The notes under the pieces were generated by a model. That model worked only from the letters and a program-made list of their open reading frames with translations. It was not told the DNA's origin and did no database searches. The position numbers and the translations under genes are program-made. Positions 36,918 through 47,476 of a stretch of DNA of 54,067 nt are shown in pieces (positions within the stretch are counted from its first letter, which is position 1; each line of letters starts with the position of its first letter). Source of the DNA: a virus (taxonomy: Duplodnaviria > Caudoviricetes). The DNA lies in IMG/VR virus record IMGVR_UViG_3300037506_000287, positions 1 through 54,067 of that record; one strand, given 5' to 3'.

Positions 36918-36945
36918 AGTGTAAACGTGATACACACGTTGTCAA
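36918..36945 (-). promoter_or_regulatory. sigma70-type promoter for scaffold/capsid genes with palindromic spacer
   Basis: TTGACA-N16-TACACT; AACGTG-N5-CACGTT overlaps the spacer. Confidence 0.65.
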
Positions 36946-36962
36946 ACAAGGTTAGACAAACC

Positions 36963-39900
36963 CTACGCAGCCGACTGACCGTGAAGGCGGGTCACATCAA
37001 TCATCGCCTCGACCTGAGCCTTCATCTCGGGATGCCGCACGGCGATTCCCTTCAGATGCTCAACCGCAGGTTCCGATAATGGCTGGCCTGATTGCACCTC
37101 GGCAATCACAACCGGCGAGACGGTTTTGAGGAATTTGTCCGTCCAAATAGGCTTGCCACTAATCCCACCCCGGGCAAACCTCTGCGGGTTGAGCAGGTCA
37201 GACGGATTAAGCGACGACCGGTTCCCCAACGGAAGGAAATGTTGAGCCAGAGCCTCATGCAGGTCACGAATTGGATCACTGCCCGACCCGCCGCCGCTAT
37301 AACCGCCCACACCGAGAAAGGCTTTCTCCGCATCGGCTACTCCTTTCAAAGCATCACTGCGCCGCTTCTTCATCTGGTCTTTGAAGTCGTCATACTCCGC
37401 CAATTGCGGGTGCATATTCCAAAACGCCAAGCCCGCCTCGTATCCCTGTAGCACAGTGATATTCACAAACTGGTCAAACAGTTTAGCTATTCCCGGCCAG
37501 CGAGCCTCAGCCTGAGCATCCAACCAGTCATAAAACCTGGACGAGAAAAGCAGGGAACCGCTGGAGCCGCCGGCATAACCACCCCCACCGCCGACGAGGA
37601 CTTGACCTCCCGAAACCATCGCTTTCCCCAATGCCTCAATCAGAGGCCGGAACTGTTCGGGCAAATGAGTACGCCAATCATTTGCCCAATCACCATCCCG
37701 TTGGACGGCATCTATGTATTTGTAAAGCGACTCCCAATCCAAAGGCTGACCAGTCTGCTTTTCCATCTCGTTCATCGCTCGACCAAGAGCCTCTGCCGCT
37801 GTCCTCACTTCTCCCGACAAACGGGTGCGCCACTCATTCTCCCAATCCCCATCCTGACGGATCATCTCGAAGTAGGTCAGCGCCGACTTGAACTCGTCAG
37901 CACTGACCGGCCCAGGCACGTAAGACGCGCCTCTCGGGCTGCCTGAGCTTGAATACCAGCCACCACCTCCCCCACCTCCTCCACCGCCACCACTGCGCAC
38001 GGCGCGAGACGTGACCGACCCGCCGCCGCTCGCACCGTCCTTCGTGTAATACTGCGCCCACTCAGGATAGAGCACGCCCCAATCATCCCGGAAATCGTAA
38101 TACGCATCAATGCGCTTATCTTGCCGCCGCATCGCACGTCGCTCCGAAGACGATGCCGCACCGTAAGCACCAATTACTTGCCAGATGTCCTCCCCGAGAC
38201 GCTTGGCCGCTTCAATTCGGAAACGGTCGTTGAGTTCCGCCACCGCGACGTAGACCTCTAACTCAGCCCGCGACGGTTCGGTGAGATTGAGATTGGCGGC
38301 GGCTTGCTTCAAGCGATCTACAAAGGCATAGAGTTTTTCTTCATCTCGCCACGCTCCCCCCGTGTCGTAGAACACGGAGAAATCATCTTCCTTCCCACCC
38401 AAACGCACGTACTCCTCATACAACCTGCTACGCGCCTTTCCCGGCGGAAGCCAGGACAACACCGTGTAGGCGTCATCCACCGCCTTGCCATGCTCATCCT
38501 GCGGTTCCAATCGATCCTCGAGCGTAGTCACGCCATGAGCCTTCGCGGCCGCAATCAGGTCTTCTCTCCGGTATTGTCCGGCAGGATATTTAGAAAGCAC
38601 CCAATCCGCGAGTTCTTCGGCACTCGGTTCGGGCTTGGCGACGAACTCATGCTCGAAGAGCCGTCTGGCCGCTCCGCTCTTTCCCCGAATACCATCCCAA
38701 TACACATCCCAACGAAGTTCTTTCCACGCTCTATCAAGCGCATCATACGTCGTATCACGCGACATCTCCCATTGGTCGTAGGCATCCGGCGTAGTAGCTG
38801 TCTTCAATCGCTCCATTGCCGTTTGCATCGAACTCAACTCGCTCGCCACAAACTCCGGGCTATCCCCACTCCTTCGGATACGATCCGTCTCCGATTGGAT
38901 AAAGACGGCCTGTAGCTTCTCCGCCTGATAAGGCAAAGCAGCCCGCCACTCCTCCACCTTCACCTGCCAGTCGTCGTAGGTCTCACCACCACTCTTATCC
39001 CACTTCGGTTTAGTCTCGCGCAACATCTGGAACCATTCGTCCTCGTAGTACCGTTCGACCATCCCCTGCGGTTTCTCGCCCGCGACCCAACTCCGTTGCG
39101 CAACGGCATACATCGGCTCATTCTCGATTTTATGGCGCTCCGGCCAATACCAATCCCACACGGCATCTCTGGCCTTGGTATCCGCTCCGACCGGTAAAGA
39201 CGCCAGCCGTTCATTGAGTTGAGCGCCCAAGACCGCAAGGGCGTCGTAGTATGCCCGCGTTACCTGATGGTCATTGATCTTCTGAGCAATGATGTCGCGC
39301 CGCTGCTCCTTATCCGGGTTCAAGTCATCCGGGGTCTTGACGTAGCGCACATCACCATACAACACCAGCATGTACCCGTCCGGCGTCCGATACTTACCGT
39401 TGATCCACGACTGATACCGCTCCTCAGCGTCCGCCGACAAATCAAATATCCGCGCTTTGGTCTCATTGTTGATCGACTCGCGCAATAGATTGATCTCATC
39501 CCGTAACTGAATGAACGTCGCATCCGCGTCGGTATGCTCGCGGGTGAAGAAACCGGTGAAATAACCTGCCAGCTTTTTATAGTATTCGCTGTCGTCCACC
39601 TGATCGCGCGTCGTCAGCCACAACTCCTGAGACTCGCGGCCCTTCAACGCTTCCTCGACTCGGAAGGCGAGGGCTTGTTTCTGGACTTCAGTCAGATTGC
39701 CGGTCTGCATCTGTTGGAGAGCATTCCGAAGCATCTGACGCTCGATCAGAAAGTCTTTCCAGCCCACCTCGGGCGAGATAAAAGTGTTCCAGAATTCCTT
39801 GGCGTTGGGGAAGGCAGCACGCGTCACCCACTCCAACATCCGCCGCTCGTAATAGGGCGGGATGAGATCGAGTTGCGGAATGATGGCCCAAGCCGGGATG

Positions 39901-42900
39901 CGTTCAGTATCCTGTATCCCGGTCACTACCATCGTCGTCGTCACCCAGGGCGACAACGAAAAGCCGAAGTAACTCCCCACCTCGCGCAAATAGTCATACA
40001 CCTGCTGAAGAGGAGTTAGCTCCTGACCACCTTCATCATAACGGGCCGATACGCGCGGCAAGGCATAGCGGAAAGACATCGGGGCCAACGGGTTGATCCA
40101 AATGGTTGTGCCCGGGATGGGGATGTAACCTTCGAGCGACGGGAGCGGTTTCCCGTCCGTCGTGGTAGCCCCTCCCTGATACGCCATGCGCTGTGAATGT
40201 CGCACGTACTTGGCATAGAAGGCCGGCAGCCAGGGATGCGAGGTCATGTACTCCACCCAAAACGGCAACGAACGGGAAGGGAACATCCAAAAGGGGAATA
40301 AACCCTTCATCAAATTATCGAAGCGATTGTAGTCACCATAGTCGAGCATCGACTCGTTGACCTGAGACAAAGCTCCTCGAACGGTTTCGCCACCGACCTC
40401 ACCGCCGTACACCGCCGCATTGGTGATATCGTACTTGGCTTTCACCGCATCATCCATCCACGTCCTCAGCATCGCCAGATCGGCAGCGTCCGATACCCGA
40501 TGCACTCCTTCGCCGGTCGCAGCTTGATTGCGGAGCCATTCAGACCATCCACTCAAGAATTCATCCGCTCGACTTCGTTCCGCCACTACGTCCTGAGACC
40601 GCAGCAGCCAAGTGCGGGTATCGTCGGGCAACTCCCAATACGGGATCGGCACTGGGTAGCGGGTTTTGAATTCCTTGAGTTGCCTGAAAATAGCGTCCGG
40701 CATCAGGCGGCTCAACGCCTTCGCCGAGGTGGAACGGAAGGCGTTGGCCTCCTGCCACAACACCCTCAGGGATGAGAGCAGGTCTTGTACCCGCTCCTCT
40801 CCGAAATCAGCTTTGGCCTGCCGCGCAATGCTTTCCAAATACGACAGGAACCCATGATAAGAGTCGGCGTTCTTACCCCACACCTCCAACAGAGAACGAT
40901 CCCCGAGGCGCGGCACACGCACGAAGGCCCGCCACGCCTCGTCCAACTCATCTGCCAACTGCATCTCGCGCATCCCCATCAGCACGGCCTCCACATCGTC
41001 CGCGTTATAGACCGCTCGCCACGCCTCACGCGCCGGGCCGTCATCCAACCCCAGGCGCTTTAGGATATAGGGATTGGGCGGCACAACCTCCCGGTACAGA
41101 GCATCCTCATCTCCGTACACTAACCGGGCCGAAATGATTTCATCCAACCGTTCGAGAAAGGCTTTCTCGGTCGGGACATCAACAACACCCTTCAACGCCG
41201 CTTCCAGCGTGGATACCAGAGCCGACAGATCGTTGAGATACACCTTCGGGTCGATCAGATACCAATGAGGATAGCGATCAACCAGATCACTCCACCAGTC
41301 ATCAATAGTAGTGCCGGGCAGGTCGTGTAACTCCGAGAGGAAATTCATAATCTCGAAACGCCGGGCTTGCTGTGCCAGCGGATCAGTCCGCACCAGCCGC
41401 GCCGCCTGTTGCATCGGTGTGCGAAGCTCCTGCCGTTTCAACTCGGCTGCCGCATCCGGGGGAACGGTCGCCCTCACGTTAGGCTTCGGGTCCACCACAT
41501 CCGCGACTTTGACTTCCGGCTGGAACGGCACCTTGTACACCGCGTCCGTCCAGGGAACCTTGACCGCATCACGCAGAGTCATCCCCTCCGGCATCCCTTC
41601 CAACAAAGTCGCCTGCACATAGGCGACGGTCTTGGCATTGAACCGTCTCTCGACCGTCCCATTTGGGAAGACCAGTGTAACGCCGCGCAGGGTGCCGTCC
41701 TTATTGAAGACGAAACCAAATCCGAGGCGCTTGGCGACTGCCTCGATGGTGAGCGGGTCTGGCTGCTCACCTCGCACCACTCGCGCCTGAATATCCTCGA
41801 CCAACCTGACGGCGGCACGCCGCCCACGCGTGGCGATGCGTTCGTATATCTCCCACAGGTACCCTCGCATGGGTTGTTCAACGATGGCGTTTGGGCCGGG
41901 GAATGAATTGACCCAAATAGAATGAAACGCCGCCTGAAGATTGTCGAACGCCCGCATCTGACCCACAACAAGCTTTTGGGTCTCAACGGTCGCCGCACCT
42001 TCCGCAACTGCTCGCGCCGTCACTTCATCCAACCCAGCCATCGCCGCCGCTTGCATTCGCCCCGCCTCGTGAAAGTCGGGCGAATGAAACTTCGGCAGTT
42101 GCTCCTCGACATCCAACTTCACTCGCCGCCTGCCCTCATCCGTCATCAAATCGAGTGGGTCGTATATGAAGTTCTTTTCGCCAACCGGTGAGAAGGCTTC
42201 ATAAGGAAGTCGCCGCCCAGTCACAGCCTCCCACAACCGTACAGTATCGCGATTGCGATCCAACAGCCGAGCCATCTCTTTGTACAACTCGGGCGACTTA
42301 CTGGCGAACGCCTCCGGGTTGTCGGATAGAAATTGAAACGCCGCTCGAAACGCAGTCGCGTCCGCAAACAACTTCTTGAATCCATCGTCCTGCACTGCCG
42401 GGTAAAGCGATGCCTCCAACGCAGATTGCATACTCGCCCGCAAATCGCGAACCTTCACTTTCCCGATGAGCGATGGGTTGAAGCTCCATACGGGCCGACC
42501 ATCGGGCGAGAAGTCCAGCCTGAATGCAGTGGGGAGATTATCCACCTGCTGCACATCCACCACCCGCGCCGCCCCCTCCGCGAAATCGCTCACCACCGAG
42601 ACTTTGCTTTGGAACCGTTTGGGACTGAGACTGGACACCACGTCCTCGAATGGACGCACGACCGGCACCGGCGCGGTCGCTAACGCTTCCGCAATCGGCT
42701 TCGCGGCTTCCTCAGAACGCTGGGTCTTTTCCAGCACCAATTCATCCAGCAAGCGGCCCACGTCTTTGAAGAAAGTGTCAATCTGCTCCGGCGTCAGCCT
42801 ACCCCCGGCAGCGGCCCGCACTCGCTCCAGACCCATCACCACCTGCCGCACCAACAACTCGCGGGCATCCATCGGCAGATCGAGCAAACGATTGTCGAGA

Positions 42901-45503
42901 TCAGGCGGCACCAAAGCCGACCACTCCAACTTGCGCCCCTCCGTCGCCGTGCCCACAATCTCCGCGAGCATTTGCTTGAAACGCTCCGGGTCGTGGCCCG
43001 CTTCCATCCACAACGACTTCGCAACCGGCTTGAGATGATCAGGTAGACCGCCGAAGATGCGCGCCGCTTCCCGCGTCTCCAACGCAACAAAATTGCTGGT
43101 GACTTTGTTGTGATACAACCTCAAACGTAGCGTGAACTCGGTCGCCGCATTGAAGTCGCGCCAACCGTTGATCCACGACCCCCACAAATCCTTCAACACC
43201 TGCCAGCCGTCAGCCGGGATTTTCGTCGGATCGTTGCCGTAACGCCTCATCAGCGCCGAAATCTCCTCGCCTTTCCGCAGGATGGGATTCAACGATTGCA
43301 GGCCGCGCGCCACCTTCTCCATCTCCACCTGAGCCGCTTCGTCGGCTTTGCCGCGCAGCCGTCGCCACTCATACGCATGGAACGAGAAAGGCGAGGTCGG
43401 CTTCCAACCGCCGATCAATCGTTGGGCGACCCCCTCCTCCGGTGCGAGACCAGAACGGGCAAAAACATCGGTTAAATCGGTTGGGACGATAAACTCAGAA
43501 CGAACCGCCCGCTCAAAGGCGGTGTCAAAGATAGAGCCGAGGTCATCGAAAAGCCGTCCACCCGACAGGAGATAGCGGCCCATCGAGTCGAAGAAGTTGT
43601 TGATCGACCAAGCCGGACGAGCCGGCAACACCAATGACGACCACCACCGCTGAAAGGTGTCCGCGACCTTGCCGATGTTATCGAGCATTCGGACGAAATT
43701 GCCGTGCTTCCTGGAACTCGCGAACGCGGTTTGCCAAGCCTCATCCACGTCTGTGCCGCTCTTAATCAGACGACGCACGTGCGCCTTTACATCCCCCGGC
43801 GCGAAGGCTCGCGCCATCAAACCGACAGTGGAATCGTAGTAATGGGACAGACCCGGTACCATCTGGCGGCGCAGGTACTCATCTTTCACCGCGCTGGCGA
43901 ACTCGCGGGCGATGTTGCTCGGGTTTTGGGTATACTGTTCGGCCAAATCGGTTGCAACGCGCATCGCCGTCGCGTCATCCAACCCGTTGCCAATCTGTCG
44001 CTTCAACTCGGCTTGGAACACCTCTTCGCGCACCCGCGTAACCGTGCGCTCAATTGTCGCGCCCCAGTCCTGAGCAGGAATGATGCGATTCGCCTGCCGG
44101 AAAAAATCCAACTCGCGCTTACCGATTGACGCCGGCAGTCGAGCCCCATCCCCACTAAGGATTGCCGCCGCGACCACATCCATCTGCGCGACTAAACTGC
44201 CCTGCCCACCCTGCACGGTACTGGCCGCCCGCGCCACCCGCGAGGAGGCATCCATCACGCCTCGGCCTACCATCTCAGCAGCACTCTCCACCGCCTGTTT
44301 GGACAACCAACGAACACCCCCACCTACTATAGGCAACCGGCTCGCCACTTTGACGACACCCTTGCCCGCCAACCTCGCCCCCGCGAACACCGGCTTGACC
44401 ACCCACTCCACCGGCACCACGTTGTACAAGTCGAGTAACAACTCGCCGGGCAACTCCTGTACCGGATCAACGAAATAGTCTTTGATCCGTTCTTTCTCCT
44501 GATAATCCAAACCTGTGTAGACCTGAAATGATGGATCGGTCGCAGAGACTTTCTCCAACTCCGCATCCACCAAAGCCTCCATGTAGGCCTCTCGTCTGGC
44601 GGGATCGTTGACAAAACTGTAGGCCCAAGTCGGGTCAACTGCCGCCGATTGCGACTCATCATCCATAGCCGCCCGCAACGCTCTCCGAGCCATCGGCATA
44701 TCACCCAACCGAAGAGCCGTCATAGCATTTTCGCGCAAGGTTTTGGTTCTCTCGGCTGAGGCGTCCAACTCCGCCCGACCCTCACTGATCTGCCTCTGCT
44801 GATCGGGACTGTAGAGCCAATGAAGACTGGCAGGGACGTACTCGGCCACGACTTTCGCTCCCTGCTTCTGAAGAACATCTAAGAAGGGTTTACTGTCCAC
44901 CACGTACGGGGTCGGCCTGATCAACGCCTCCCACGATGATCGCAGTCGTCGCTCATCCTCACGAGTGTCTGCACGCTGTCGGTTGATATTCTCCAACGTC
45001 TGATCGACCTGAGATCGAGGGAGGATGGTCTCCCGTTTCTTCGCTTCCTCCAATGCCCGCTGCTGAGTATCGAGACCGGCATTCGTGATACTGTTCCACA
45101 CCAACCGTCCAGCATCGCCAATCACAGGCGACACACGCGCTACGCGGTTCCACGTCTCATTACGTCTCGCCAATTGACCGAGGAAACCTTTGACCACATC
45201 CGCCCCGGCTTGCAGCCAATGGATGATGCCCGACGCACCTTGATACGTCTCGACGTTGACGACCGTCGGCGAGAGGCCCTTCCCTTTCTTCGTCCGGTCT
45301 ATGACCGTGTACGACGTGGGAGCCGCTACCGGGGTCTGAGGCGGTGTACCACTCGGGGCGGGCGGAGCCGCTGGACGCGGCTGTGCCGTAGGCGCGACGG
45401 GCGGACGGCGTACGGTCGCAGCCCTAACCTCGGGATTGAAAGACCGAGCCGCCGCCCGCCGCGTATACTCTTTACGGAACTTCTTGTCGCGCCAGAAAGC
45501 CAC
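36963..45503 (-). CDS. giant (2846 aa) putative internal virion/ejection protein
   Basis: Mostly helical; DYGDYNRFD...FPFWMF segment typical of large phage internal proteins; Gly linkers. Confidence 0.75.
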   Translation of the reverse strand: MAFWRDKKFRKEYTRRAAARSFNPEVRAATVRRPPVAPTAQPRPAAPPAPSGTPPQTPVAAPTSYTVIDRTKKGKGLSPTVVNVETYQGASGIIHWLQAGADVVKGFLGQLARRNETWNRVARVSPVIGDAGRLVWNSITNAGLDTQQRALEEAKKRETILPRSQVDQTLENINRQRADTREDERRLRSSWEALIRPTPYVVDSKPFLDVLQKQGAKVVAEYVPASLHWLYSPDQQRQISEGRAELDASAERTKTLRENAMTALRLGDMPMARRALRAAMDDESQSAAVDPTWAYSFVNDPARREAYMEALVDAELEKVSATDPSFQVYTGLDYQEKERIKDYFVDPVQELPGELLLDLYNVVPVEWVVKPVFAGARLAGKGVVKVASRLPIVGGGVRWLSKQAVESAAEMVGRGVMDASSRVARAASTVQGGQGSLVAQMDVVAAAILSGDGARLPASIGKRELDFFRQANRIIPAQDWGATIERTVTRVREEVFQAELKRQIGNGLDDATAMRVATDLAEQYTQNPSNIAREFASAVKDEYLRRQMVPGLSHYYDSTVGLMARAFAPGDVKAHVRRLIKSGTDVDEAWQTAFASSRKHGNFVRMLDNIGKVADTFQRWWSSLVLPARPAWSINNFFDSMGRYLLSGGRLFDDLGSIFDTAFERAVRSEFIVPTDLTDVFARSGLAPEEGVAQRLIGGWKPTSPFSFHAYEWRRLRGKADEAAQVEMEKVARGLQSLNPILRKGEEISALMRRYGNDPTKIPADGWQVLKDLWGSWINGWRDFNAATEFTLRLRLYHNKVTSNFVALETREAARIFGGLPDHLKPVAKSLWMEAGHDPERFKQMLAEIVGTATEGRKLEWSALVPPDLDNRLLDLPMDARELLVRQVVMGLERVRAAAGGRLTPEQIDTFFKDVGRLLDELVLEKTQRSEEAAKPIAEALATAPVPVVRPFEDVVSSLSPKRFQSKVSVVSDFAEGAARVVDVQQVDNLPTAFRLDFSPDGRPVWSFNPSLIGKVKVRDLRASMQSALEASLYPAVQDDGFKKLFADATAFRAAFQFLSDNPEAFASKSPELYKEMARLLDRNRDTVRLWEAVTGRRLPYEAFSPVGEKNFIYDPLDLMTDEGRRRVKLDVEEQLPKFHSPDFHEAGRMQAAAMAGLDEVTARAVAEGAATVETQKLVVGQMRAFDNLQAAFHSIWVNSFPGPNAIVEQPMRGYLWEIYERIATRGRRAAVRLVEDIQARVVRGEQPDPLTIEAVAKRLGFGFVFNKDGTLRGVTLVFPNGTVERRFNAKTVAYVQATLLEGMPEGMTLRDAVKVPWTDAVYKVPFQPEVKVADVVDPKPNVRATVPPDAAAELKRQELRTPMQQAARLVRTDPLAQQARRFEIMNFLSELHDLPGTTIDDWWSDLVDRYPHWYLIDPKVYLNDLSALVSTLEAALKGVVDVPTEKAFLERLDEIISARLVYGDEDALYREVVPPNPYILKRLGLDDGPAREAWRAVYNADDVEAVLMGMREMQLADELDEAWRAFVRVPRLGDRSLLEVWGKNADSYHGFLSYLESIARQAKADFGEERVQDLLSSLRVLWQEANAFRSTSAKALSRLMPDAIFRQLKEFKTRYPVPIPYWELPDDTRTWLLRSQDVVAERSRADEFLSGWSEWLRNQAATGEGVHRVSDAADLAMLRTWMDDAVKAKYDITNAAVYGGEVGGETVRGALSQVNESMLDYGDYNRFDNLMKGLFPFWMFPSRSLPFWVEYMTSHPWLPAFYAKYVRHSQRMAYQGGATTTDGKPLPSLEGYIPIPGTTIWINPLAPMSFRYALPRVSARYDEGGQELTPLQQVYDYLREVGSYFGFSLSPWVTTTMVVTGIQDTERIPAWAIIPQLDLIPPYYERRMLEWVTRAAFPNAKEFWNTFISPEVGWKDFLIERQMLRNALQQMQTGNLTEVQKQALAFRVEEALKGRESQELWLTTRDQVDDSEYYKKLAGYFTGFFTREHTDADATFIQLRDEINLLRESINNETKARIFDLSADAEERYQSWINGKYRTPDGYMLVLYGDVRYVKTPDDLNPDKEQRRDIIAQKINDHQVTRAYYDALAVLGAQLNERLASLPVGADTKARDAVWDWYWPERHKIENEPMYAVAQRSWVAGEKPQGMVERYYEDEWFQMLRETKPKWDKSGGETYDDWQVKVEEWRAALPYQAEKLQAVFIQSETDRIRRSGDSPEFVASELSSMQTAMERLKTATTPDAYDQWEMSRDTTYDALDRAWKELRWDVYWDGIRGKSGAARRLFEHEFVAKPEPSAEELADWVLSKYPAGQYRREDLIAAAKAHGVTTLEDRLEPQDEHGKAVDDAYTVLSWLPPGKARSRLYEEYVRLGGKEDDFSVFYDTGGAWRDEEKLYAFVDRLKQAAANLNLTEPSRAELEVYVAVAELNDRFRIEAAKRLGEDIWQVIGAYGAASSSERRAMRRQDKRIDAYYDFRDDWGVLYPEWAQYYTKDGASGGGSVTSRAVRSGGGGGGGGGGGWYSSSGSPRGASYVPGPVSADEFKSALTYFEMIRQDGDWENEWRTRLSGEVRTAAEALGRAMNEMEKQTGQPLDWESLYKYIDAVQRDGDWANDWRTHLPEQFRPLIEALGKAMVSGGQVLVGGGGGYAGGSSGSLLFSSRFYDWLDAQAEARWPGIAKLFDQFVNITVLQGYEAGLAFWNMHPQLAEYDDFKDQMKKRRSDALKGVADAEKAFLGVGGYSGGGSGSDPIRDLHEALAQHFLPLGNRSSLNPSDLLNPQRFARGGISGKPIWTDKFLKTVSPVVIAEVQSGQPLSEPAVEHLKGIAVRHPEMKAQVEAMIDVTRLHGQSAA

Positions 45504-45506
45504 AGG

Positions 45507-45824
45507 TCACTTTGGAGGCTGCCGCTTCAACCTGGTTTTCGAGTAAGTCTTACTCGATTTCAATTCATGTATCCAAGCAGGCTTCTCCGGGTCGTGATCG
45601 CCGTTCGCAACTACAACCTCATCCATCCCGTTCACGAGTTTTGAAGGTTGGGCGAGACGCACATCTTCAGCGATCCCGACCTGCTCCCAGCTTTCCATCA
45701 CCGCCACAAGCCGACCGGCCACTTCCACCACCGTCACCAACCTAGCACCGCTACTGGCGTGCTGATTGATGACAGCCTGCATCTGATGGAGATTGCCGAG
45801 CGCCACCACTTGATACGAATACAT
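45507..45824 (-). CDS. DUF4177-like small protein
   Basis: YSYQVV...INQHASSGARLVTV. Confidence 0.55.
   Translation of the reverse strand: MYSYQVVALGNLHQMQAVINQHASSGARLVTVVEVAGRLVAVMESWEQVGIAEDVRLAQPSKLVNGMDEVVVANGDHDPEKPAWIHELKSSKTYSKTRLKRQPPK
45539..45557. promoter_or_regulatory. palindromic site TCGAGTAAG-T-CTTACTCGA
   Basis: Perfect copy ~40 nt upstream of the giant gene. Confidence 0.65.
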
Positions 45825-45840
45825 GCTTGAGTTCCTCTCA

Positions 45841-47013
45841 CTATCCAAACAATTTCTTGTTTGGTGCTCCGAAATCGTACCCACCGTCAATCCTTGCCAC
45901 GCCCCGCAGAGGGCCAGCCGAGAAGAACGGTTGGGTCAACATGCGCGCTGCCGAACCAAACGCCGCCAGATTTTGCCCCTTTGTTTCCGCGAGTAACGGA
46001 TCAAGCGCCGCCTGCTGCTGGACGAATTGCTGCCGCGACTGACGCGGCGCACCCCCGAACTGCTGGAGGATACCTGCCGTCTGCTTGAGAAAGGAGAAGC
46101 CGGGGCCAAAATCCTTCTCCGCTTTACCACTGACCTCACGCACTTTCTCCAAAGTGTCGAGCACATTCCTGGCCCGCACCCCGCTCTCGTACTGCTCGCG
46201 TATTTGCGAGGTGAGTTCAGGCGGGGGCGGAGTCTGTGTACTGGAAACCTCATATCCACCAAAAGCATCAGGGAATAAACGGGCCAGATTCTTAGCTGTG
46301 TAGACGCCATCCTCGGGCGACATGAACGGGATGAGCGAGTTTACCAGCGCAGCATACTCCGTCTCGGGGGTGAACTCTGACGGCATCATACCCCGCCACC
46401 ACGACGGAGCACCCGCTACCTGATACTTGTCTGCCCACGAGACGGTTGCCTCACCACCCCCGCCGCCATCTCCGCCTCCCCCACCGGGGAACGGGAAAGT
46501 GAAATCATCACCGCCGCCTCCACCGCCTCCACCTCGACGGCTGTACCCGCCCCCACCGTATCCGCCACCCTCTCCATCGACCTGTGGCGTCCCAACCCCT
46601 CCTCTACGCTCTTCCCGATTGTTTCTCAAATCGAAAATCGAACCAGGGATCAGCGGACGACCAGGCGGATTGCCTGTGCCGCCTCGATTCTCACGCGCCT
46701 CGATCACCTGGTACGGCGAACGCGGATCGCTCCACGACGGGAGCGGAGAGGAAGGCGGCGCGAGCGTCCCACCTGACGGAGGCGGTCGTCGTGAGAGGCT
46801 CAAGTACAAAGCCCGCAAAGTTGGGAGCTCTTTCTTCTTCACCACCGGAGGCGGTGGCGTGGATTGCACTGGCGGTAACGGAGACCGAGGCGCAGGCGTC
46901 GGCGTGGGTCGAGGCGGAGGTGTTGACGACCTGTCCGATGGTGAAACTTTCTTCTTCTTCACTACCGGAGGCTCAGGCGTAGATCGAGGCGGCGGGGGCG
47001 TAGGAGCAGGCAT
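45841..47013 (-). CDS. Pro/Gly-rich putative ejection/pilot protein
   Basis: Disordered Pro-rich N-terminus, Gly linker, helical C-terminus. Confidence 0.65.
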   Translation of the reverse strand: MPAPTPPPPRSTPEPPVVKKKKVSPSDRSSTPPPRPTPTPAPRSPLPPVQSTPPPPVVKKKELPTLRALYLSLSRRPPPSGGTLAPPSSPLPSWSDPRSPYQVIEARENRGGTGNPPGRPLIPGSIFDLRNNREERRGGVGTPQVDGEGGGYGGGGYSRRGGGGGGGGDDFTFPFPGGGGGDGGGGGEATVSWADKYQVAGAPSWWRGMMPSEFTPETEYAALVNSLIPFMSPEDGVYTAKNLARLFPDAFGGYEVSSTQTPPPPELTSQIREQYESGVRARNVLDTLEKVREVSGKAEKDFGPGFSFLKQTAGILQQFGGAPRQSRQQFVQQQAALDPLLAETKGQNLAAFGSAARMLTQPFFSAGPLRGVARIDGGYDFGAPNKKLFG

Positions 47014-47014
47014 A

Positions 47015-47227
47015 TCAACCCTCCATTCCTTTCAGTTCCATCTCACGGATGTACCCCTCTACAGCCCGTCGGCCATAGGTCGCCGCCATCCGTTCGAAGT
47101 CCTCGGGAGTCAAACGCCGATACAAGTTCACGTCCGGGTCAGCCGACCGCCCCAACATCTTGCGGAGAGTCGCCGCCCCTCTCTGCGCTGCCTTGCGAAC
47201 TGCCGGGATATACGGATTCACATTCAT
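47015..47227 (-). CDS. hypothetical protein
   Basis: 70 aa with RBS, coupled to next gene. Confidence 0.65.
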   Translation of the reverse strand: MNVNPYIPAVRKAAQRGAATLRKMLGRSADPDVNLYRRLTPEDFERMAATYGRRAVEGYIREMELKGMEG

Positions 47228-47229
47228 GT

Positions 47230-47420
47230 CTCAACCTCATACAACCTTATACAATCTATCTACACTGTACAAGGTTTCCACTACTCCCATCAACCTTCTA
47301 CAAGACCTTATACACCTGTACAAGTCTTGCACAATGCTCACTCCCTGCCAGAAAGGTCTTTCTCGAACAGCACCGCAACAATCTACAGACCTTACACAAC
47401 GTTGTACACCTGCACAACCC
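47230..47420 (+). repeat. strand-biased array of TACA/CACA motifs
   Basis: Three related ~40-nt blocks, e.g. TCTACAAGACCTTATACACCTGTACAAG and TCTACAGACCTTACACAACGTTGTACAC. Confidence 0.65.
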
Positions 47421-47453
47421 CGCCGACTCTCCGAGAATTCCAGTATTTCTTGA

Positions 47454-47476
47454 AATCGAGTAAGGCTTACTCGATT
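47454..47476. promoter_or_regulatory. palindromic site AATCGAGTAAG-G-CTTACTCGATT
   Basis: 23-bp inverted repeat in a probable non-coding gap. Confidence 0.7.

Noticed and set aside
36963-45503. Virion RNA polymerase call for the giant protein
   Set aside because: No T7/N4-type or DxDGD-type catalytic motifs recognised.
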